A DNA stretch of 64,000 nt, from NCBI GenBank assembly GCA_045863295.1, contig BTWA01000005.1:128001-192000 (forward strand). Reading direction: 5' to 3'. How positions within the stretch are numbered: position 1 is the stretch's first letter; each line of letters starts with the position of its first letter. A program made the translations under genes and the position numbers. Below, in pieces: positions 59,944 to 64,000 of this stretch. The notes under the pieces were generated by a model. The model was not told the DNA's origin. It saw only the letters and a list, made by a program, of their open reading frames with translations, and did no database searches. This DNA is from Candidatus Hydrogenedentota bacterium. GTDB taxonomy: Bacteria > Hydrogenedentota > Hydrogenedentia > Hydrogenedentales > SLHB01.

Positions 59944-61619
59944 CCATGCGTGTCCTTCGTACGCTGGCGGTGGTTATTGGAGTTCTGGGCGTAGCCATCG
60001 GCTTGAATTGCCTGATACTCGGTTTCGGGCTGTTTACCCTTCAGGTATGGGCTCCCATCGCCGTGGGCGCCGTAGGGTTTGTGGTTTGGTTTGTACTTAC
60101 ATTGATAGGCCTTGCCACCGGAGGTGAGGGCTCGCGCAGTTTATCCGGTTTGGCGTCCGTGTTTGGCGGGGTTGTATTTCTGGGCATTTGCATCGTTTTG
60201 TATGCTTTTGTGAAGCGATGGGATGTTGCTTGGGACCTGACGCAAGAAGGGCGGCGTGAACTTTCCGAGCAGACCGTACGTGTACTGGAGACGCTGACAG
60301 ATGAAGTGACGGCCTATGCGCTATTCGTGCATGACGGAAGCAACGATGCACTGATGAATGCCCACAGCAAGACCATTCGTTTTCTCGAGCGTTGCCAAGA
60401 GCACACCGACCGGCTGAAAATTGTTGAAATAGACCCCGTGGCAGAAACGGCTCGTTTGACGGCCGAAGGGTTTACGTTCGCGAATCCGTTGCAGGGCACG
60501 GTCGTGCTGAAAGCCGGGGCGCGTCCTCCGCGAAGTATTGCGTTGAAGGGTGCGAATCCGCGTCTCGAAGAACGCGAGTTTACTAATGCGCTGATAAACG
60601 TGTCTCGCAAGTCCCAGCCAGTGGTCGGATTCTTGACGGGTCACGGGGAGCGTAACCTGGCGCATCCGGAATCGGCGGGTATTAAAGTTCTATTGGGGAA
60701 TGAAGGGTATGTGCTTGAGGATGTTGCCATCGACATTACGAACGGCAAGATCCCGGAAAAGTTTGATATCCTCTTCATTAATTCCATGCTTATTGATGGC
60801 GGCGGCGATTTGCACCCCAAGGAAATCGAGGCCATCGAGGCCTTTCTACAGTCAGGCGGCCGGTTGTGCATTCTCGTGGATCCCATGGTGTCGCAGGACG
60901 GCGTCGTGCGGCGTAAACAACTTTTTGCGTGGCTGGAACAGAAATACGGGGTCGTGGTTGGCGAAGATCTGGTAATGTCGATGTTGAACCAGCGTCCGGG
61001 TGAAGTTACCGTCGTACCGGACGCTTCGGTTCCCAGCATCATGAGCCAATATGAAATGCCGGATTCGGGTTTCGAAGGTTGTTTCGATCAGAATAACCCA
61101 ATAACTCGCGGTTTCGATCAGCGGCTGGATCTCGGCGCGACACGCTCGATTACCGTTGCGCCAAAGCTTCCGTCCAATGTGACCGCCTCCGCGCTGTTGC
61201 GTACGTTGCCCTTATCCTATGCCGAGAAGCAGGTACACTTACTGATAGGTCAGAACGCCAAGCCTCCCGAACAAGGCCCGGATGAGCCAACGGGATCCAT
61301 TGGCATTGCCGTGGCGGCGACTATTAACAATGAAGAGCCGGTCGAAGACGCGCGCATCGTTGTCGTGGGCAACTCTGGATTTGCGACTACGAAGTCGGTG
61401 GGCGTTGGTGGCAATCTCAATTTTGCGCTGAATATTTTCAATTGGCTTAGCGAAGACGAAGACCTAATTGCAATTCGGCCGACGGGCAAGGAAGAACAAC
61501 CACTTTACCTCTCGGAAAAGGACGAACAAGTGATTGTCTGGACGGCCAGCCTTGGCGCGGTTCAGGCCGTGGCACTGGCATGGTTTGTCATGTTTCTCTG
61601 GCGGAGACGGTATCAATGA
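59940..61619 (+). CDS. GldG-like ABC auxiliary (GIFT/IFT52-like) protein
   Basis: WDLT....LS.QT, FLTGHGE, SGGRL..DP, RIVVVG, N..FALN..NWL, C-terminal TM. Confidence 0.82.
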   Translation: MTMRVLRTLAVVIGVLGVAIGLNCLILGFGLFTLQVWAPIAVGAVGFVVWFVLTLIGLATGGEGSRSLSGLASVFGGVVFLGICIVLYAFVKRWDVAWDLTQEGRRELSEQTVRVLETLTDEVTAYALFVHDGSNDALMNAHSKTIRFLERCQEHTDRLKIVEIDPVAETARLTAEGFTFANPLQGTVVLKAGARPPRSIALKGANPRLEEREFTNALINVSRKSQPVVGFLTGHGERNLAHPESAGIKVLLGNEGYVLEDVAIDITNGKIPEKFDILFINSMLIDGGGDLHPKEIEAIEAFLQSGGRLCILVDPMVSQDGVVRRKQLFAWLEQKYGVVVGEDLVMSMLNQRPGEVTVVPDASVPSIMSQYEMPDSGFEGCFDQNNPITRGFDQRLDLGATRSITVAPKLPSNVTASALLRTLPLSYAEKQVHLLIGQNAKPPEQGPDEPTGSIGIAVAATINNEEPVEDARIVVVGNSGFATTKSVGVGGNLNFALNIFNWLSEDEDLIAIRPTGKEEQPLYLSEKDEQVIVWTASLGAVQAVALAWFVMFLWRRRYQ

Positions 61620-63472
61620 GGCCCCGTTCGCTAGCCGTACTTACTTCCTTGCTGATATTGCTGTGCGCGGGGTACTGGTTCACTCTGCGGCAGGAAGAGA
61701 ATGCTACGAAGCGCGCGGAACAAGCCAAACTCCTGTTCAACGCAAAGCTTTCTGATGTGACCAAGCTCTCGATTCTCCGCGAAGGAGAACGGCCGACAAC
61801 GGCCGTGCGGACTGACGACGGGACATGGCGTATTGACGAGCCCTATGCAGTTCCCCCCAGCCCGGGCGTTTGGGATGATCTTACGAAGCTCTTTCTGAAT
61901 CTAAAGAGCGAACGTACTGTGCGCGAAGTACCGGAGGGCTTAGAGGATTACGGTCTGGATAATCCGCCTTTGATACTTCGAGCTGAGATTAAAGGCGTGG
62001 CGCCCGTAGAACTGAAATTTGGAGACGCGGATCCCACGCAACAATTCCGGTATGCGCAACTCAATGGTGGACCAGTACTCCTTGTGATTGCGAAAACCAT
62101 GGCCGAATTGGATAGACCGTTACTCAAATTGCGGGACAGGACCGTGTTTGCCAGCGGCGAATCGGGAATCGCATGGCTGGAATACACGCCCATCCGGCCG
62201 AGACAGGAGGGAGATGCGCAACCGGCGGCGGATCTACCTGCACATTTGGCCAACGCGGTGGAACTTCAATCACTCGTCGTCGCGTTGCACGACGATGCCA
62301 AGTGGTACATAGAAATGCCCGAACCCGGCTATGCCGATCAAGGTATGGTGAGCCAACTTGTCAGCACTGTGCAATACACGGTCAGCAACGACTTCATCGA
62401 CAAACCGGAAAACTATAGCGATTATGGTTTGGCGCCACCACGCGCCAAGATAGCCGTGAGGTCCGCAGTGGATGGGCCGGTTCAGGTCTTGTATCTGGGC
62501 GATCTCGTCACGCCCGGAAATGCGGAAGGAGGTATTTATGCCAAGAAGCCGGATTCCGATTCGGTCATGCTTATCGACGGCATCATGACAGCACTCCTAC
62601 CGACTGATATTAATGCGTTTCGCGAGAAGCGCCTTTTGACCGGGAAGGCCACGGAGCTGGAATGGCTGACGTACAAATCCGGTGAAACCTTCGTGCGAGC
62701 GATTAACGATCCGGTCAACGGTTGGTCGATAGCCGCGCCCCAAGCAGCCGACGCCGATCAGATTACTGTTTCGACCCTGCTGAGCATGCTTAAAACTGTG
62801 GAAGGCAAAAATCTATTTCAAGGCGATCTGGCACAGTATTCACTGGAAAATCCTGACATTGAAATTGCGGTCAAATACCGGGACCAGGCCGAACCCGTAA
62901 AAATCCGCATCAGCATGCCGATTGGCGATGAAAAGATTTCATATGCCACTCAGGATACCGGCGGTATTACGAGCCTCGAGAATCCTGTTGTGGAAGGCAT
63001 GAGGCTGACGGTATCCGACTTCATTTCCAAGCGGCTACTCACTTTCAAACCGGAAGACGTCCAAGGCGTGTCCGTGCGGTTCGACGGCACTTCTTACCGC
63101 TTCGAAAAAGGAGAACGCATCTGGACAGTGATTGAGCCGGCCGGAAAGATCTTGGAGAGTCAGGCCGACATGGATGCCATTATCGATGCCCTTCACAAGC
63201 AGACACGCGCCGAATCCGTGTATAGCCTGCAGCCGGCGGCGGATTCCGTAGCGCTTGGCATTGATTCGCCTGTTGTGGAAGCCTCGCTCACACTTACTCC
63301 AGGCACCGACGGTCTACCTCGAAGCGTCGGACCAATCAAAATTGGAGAGAATTGTCCCGACAATTTGCGGGAGCGATATGCGGTGGTGGAGGGACGGCCG
63401 GAAGTTTTTCGTATCCGCCAGACCATTATCACCGAGCTTCGCCAGGCATTTCGGGGTGTACGCGACCGATAG
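61616..63472 (+). CDS. DUF4340 repeat protein
   Basis: N-terminal TM; repeated W....P..D...Y(G/S)L..P..LRD motifs; follows the GldG-like gene. Confidence 0.75.
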   Translation: MRPRSLAVLTSLLILLCAGYWFTLRQEENATKRAEQAKLLFNAKLSDVTKLSILREGERPTTAVRTDDGTWRIDEPYAVPPSPGVWDDLTKLFLNLKSERTVREVPEGLEDYGLDNPPLILRAEIKGVAPVELKFGDADPTQQFRYAQLNGGPVLLVIAKTMAELDRPLLKLRDRTVFASGESGIAWLEYTPIRPRQEGDAQPAADLPAHLANAVELQSLVVALHDDAKWYIEMPEPGYADQGMVSQLVSTVQYTVSNDFIDKPENYSDYGLAPPRAKIAVRSAVDGPVQVLYLGDLVTPGNAEGGIYAKKPDSDSVMLIDGIMTALLPTDINAFREKRLLTGKATELEWLTYKSGETFVRAINDPVNGWSIAAPQAADADQITVSTLLSMLKTVEGKNLFQGDLAQYSLENPDIEIAVKYRDQAEPVKIRISMPIGDEKISYATQDTGGITSLENPVVEGMRLTVSDFISKRLLTFKPEDVQGVSVRFDGTSYRFEKGERIWTVIEPAGKILESQADMDAIIDALHKQTRAESVYSLQPAADSVALGIDSPVVEASLTLTPGTDGLPRSVGPIKIGENCPDNLRERYAVVEGRPEVFRIRQTIITELRQAFRGVRDR

Positions 63473-63495
63473 CATTTAGGCGCATCGCGCGACCG

Positions 63496-64000
63496 CTACG
63501 GTTTCGGTTGGAACTTCGTGTCGTCGTTTTTCAACGCCTGAATCTCCTCTTCGATTCGTTTGACAACGGGTCCCGCAACGCCCTTTACGGTCAGCCCTTG
63601 TGTAAACAGACTTCGTACGAATAATGCCGCAATATCTGCCGTATTTACCGGATCCGTCAGGCCGAGATCGTTCAAGGTAAAGGGATCGAGTGTCAGCTTT
63701 AACGCGCCGCCGGGCGCAAAGTTGGAACTCGCGTTCAATATGGCGGATTCACATCGCAATTCGTTTACCGTGCAATGCCGCTTTACGCCTCTTGTGTCGG
63801 CCCCTGCCGTGTATCGCTCGCGGCTCGCGGCGGCGTAGATGGCGCGCAGGTTTGTGCCGGTGCCGGCCTCATACCTCAGATTCACGATGGCATCCCGCAG
63901 TACAATTCGATCGACCGCGGGAACATCGTCGAAGACTGTTCCCAATTCGAACGAGATTGACGTAACCGGAAACGCCATTGCCACGCCTTCTTCGAAAGGG
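63496..64000 (-). CDS. C-terminal part of an AsmA-like/hypothetical protein (5' end outside window)
   Basis: Frame is open to the window edge; IDRIVL....V.Y.....GTNL resembles AsmA/DUF748-type proteins. Confidence 0.45.
   Translation of the reverse strand, partial: PFEEGVAMAFPVTSISFELGTVFDDVPAVDRIVLRDAIVNLRYEAGTGTNLRAIYAAASRERYTAGADTRGVKRHCTVNELRCESAILNASSNFAPGGALKLTLDPFTLNDLGLTDPVNTADIAALFVRSLFTQGLTVKGVAGPVVKRIEEEIQALKNDDTKFQPKP

Overview
GC-rich bacterial window. The gene content (DUF1080 and ceramidase-like proteins, kinase-WD40, WTxPS 'sulfatase', pilin-like proteins) suggests a PVC-like or Hydrogenedentota-like organism; this is inference only. Most of it is recognisable housekeeping or envelope DNA: livKHMGF, purU, a DegT-family aminotransferase, pilT, fliQ-fliR-flhB-flhA-flhF-flhG, yceD-rpmF-plsX-fabD-fabG, a Dam-family MTase with a small PD-(D/E)XK nuclease, uppP, a PTS-IIA/CBS/NhaD module, ilvA, a minor-pilin cluster and a GldA/F/G-like ABC system. 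The stand-out is 19274-22134. It is a terminator-bounded tandem array of three paralogous 272-289 aa proteins of a family I do not recognise. Each starts MxYPPxxLPxSC and ends in a six-Cys tail (CC-x4-C-x9-C-x10/13-C-x6-CH-stop). A fourth copy of the tail (...CNALSDPCL-stop), missing from the ORF track, sits in the 'intergenic' gap just after a large Ser/Thr kinase-WD40-PDZ gene. All calls come from reading motifs by eye; no database searches were run.
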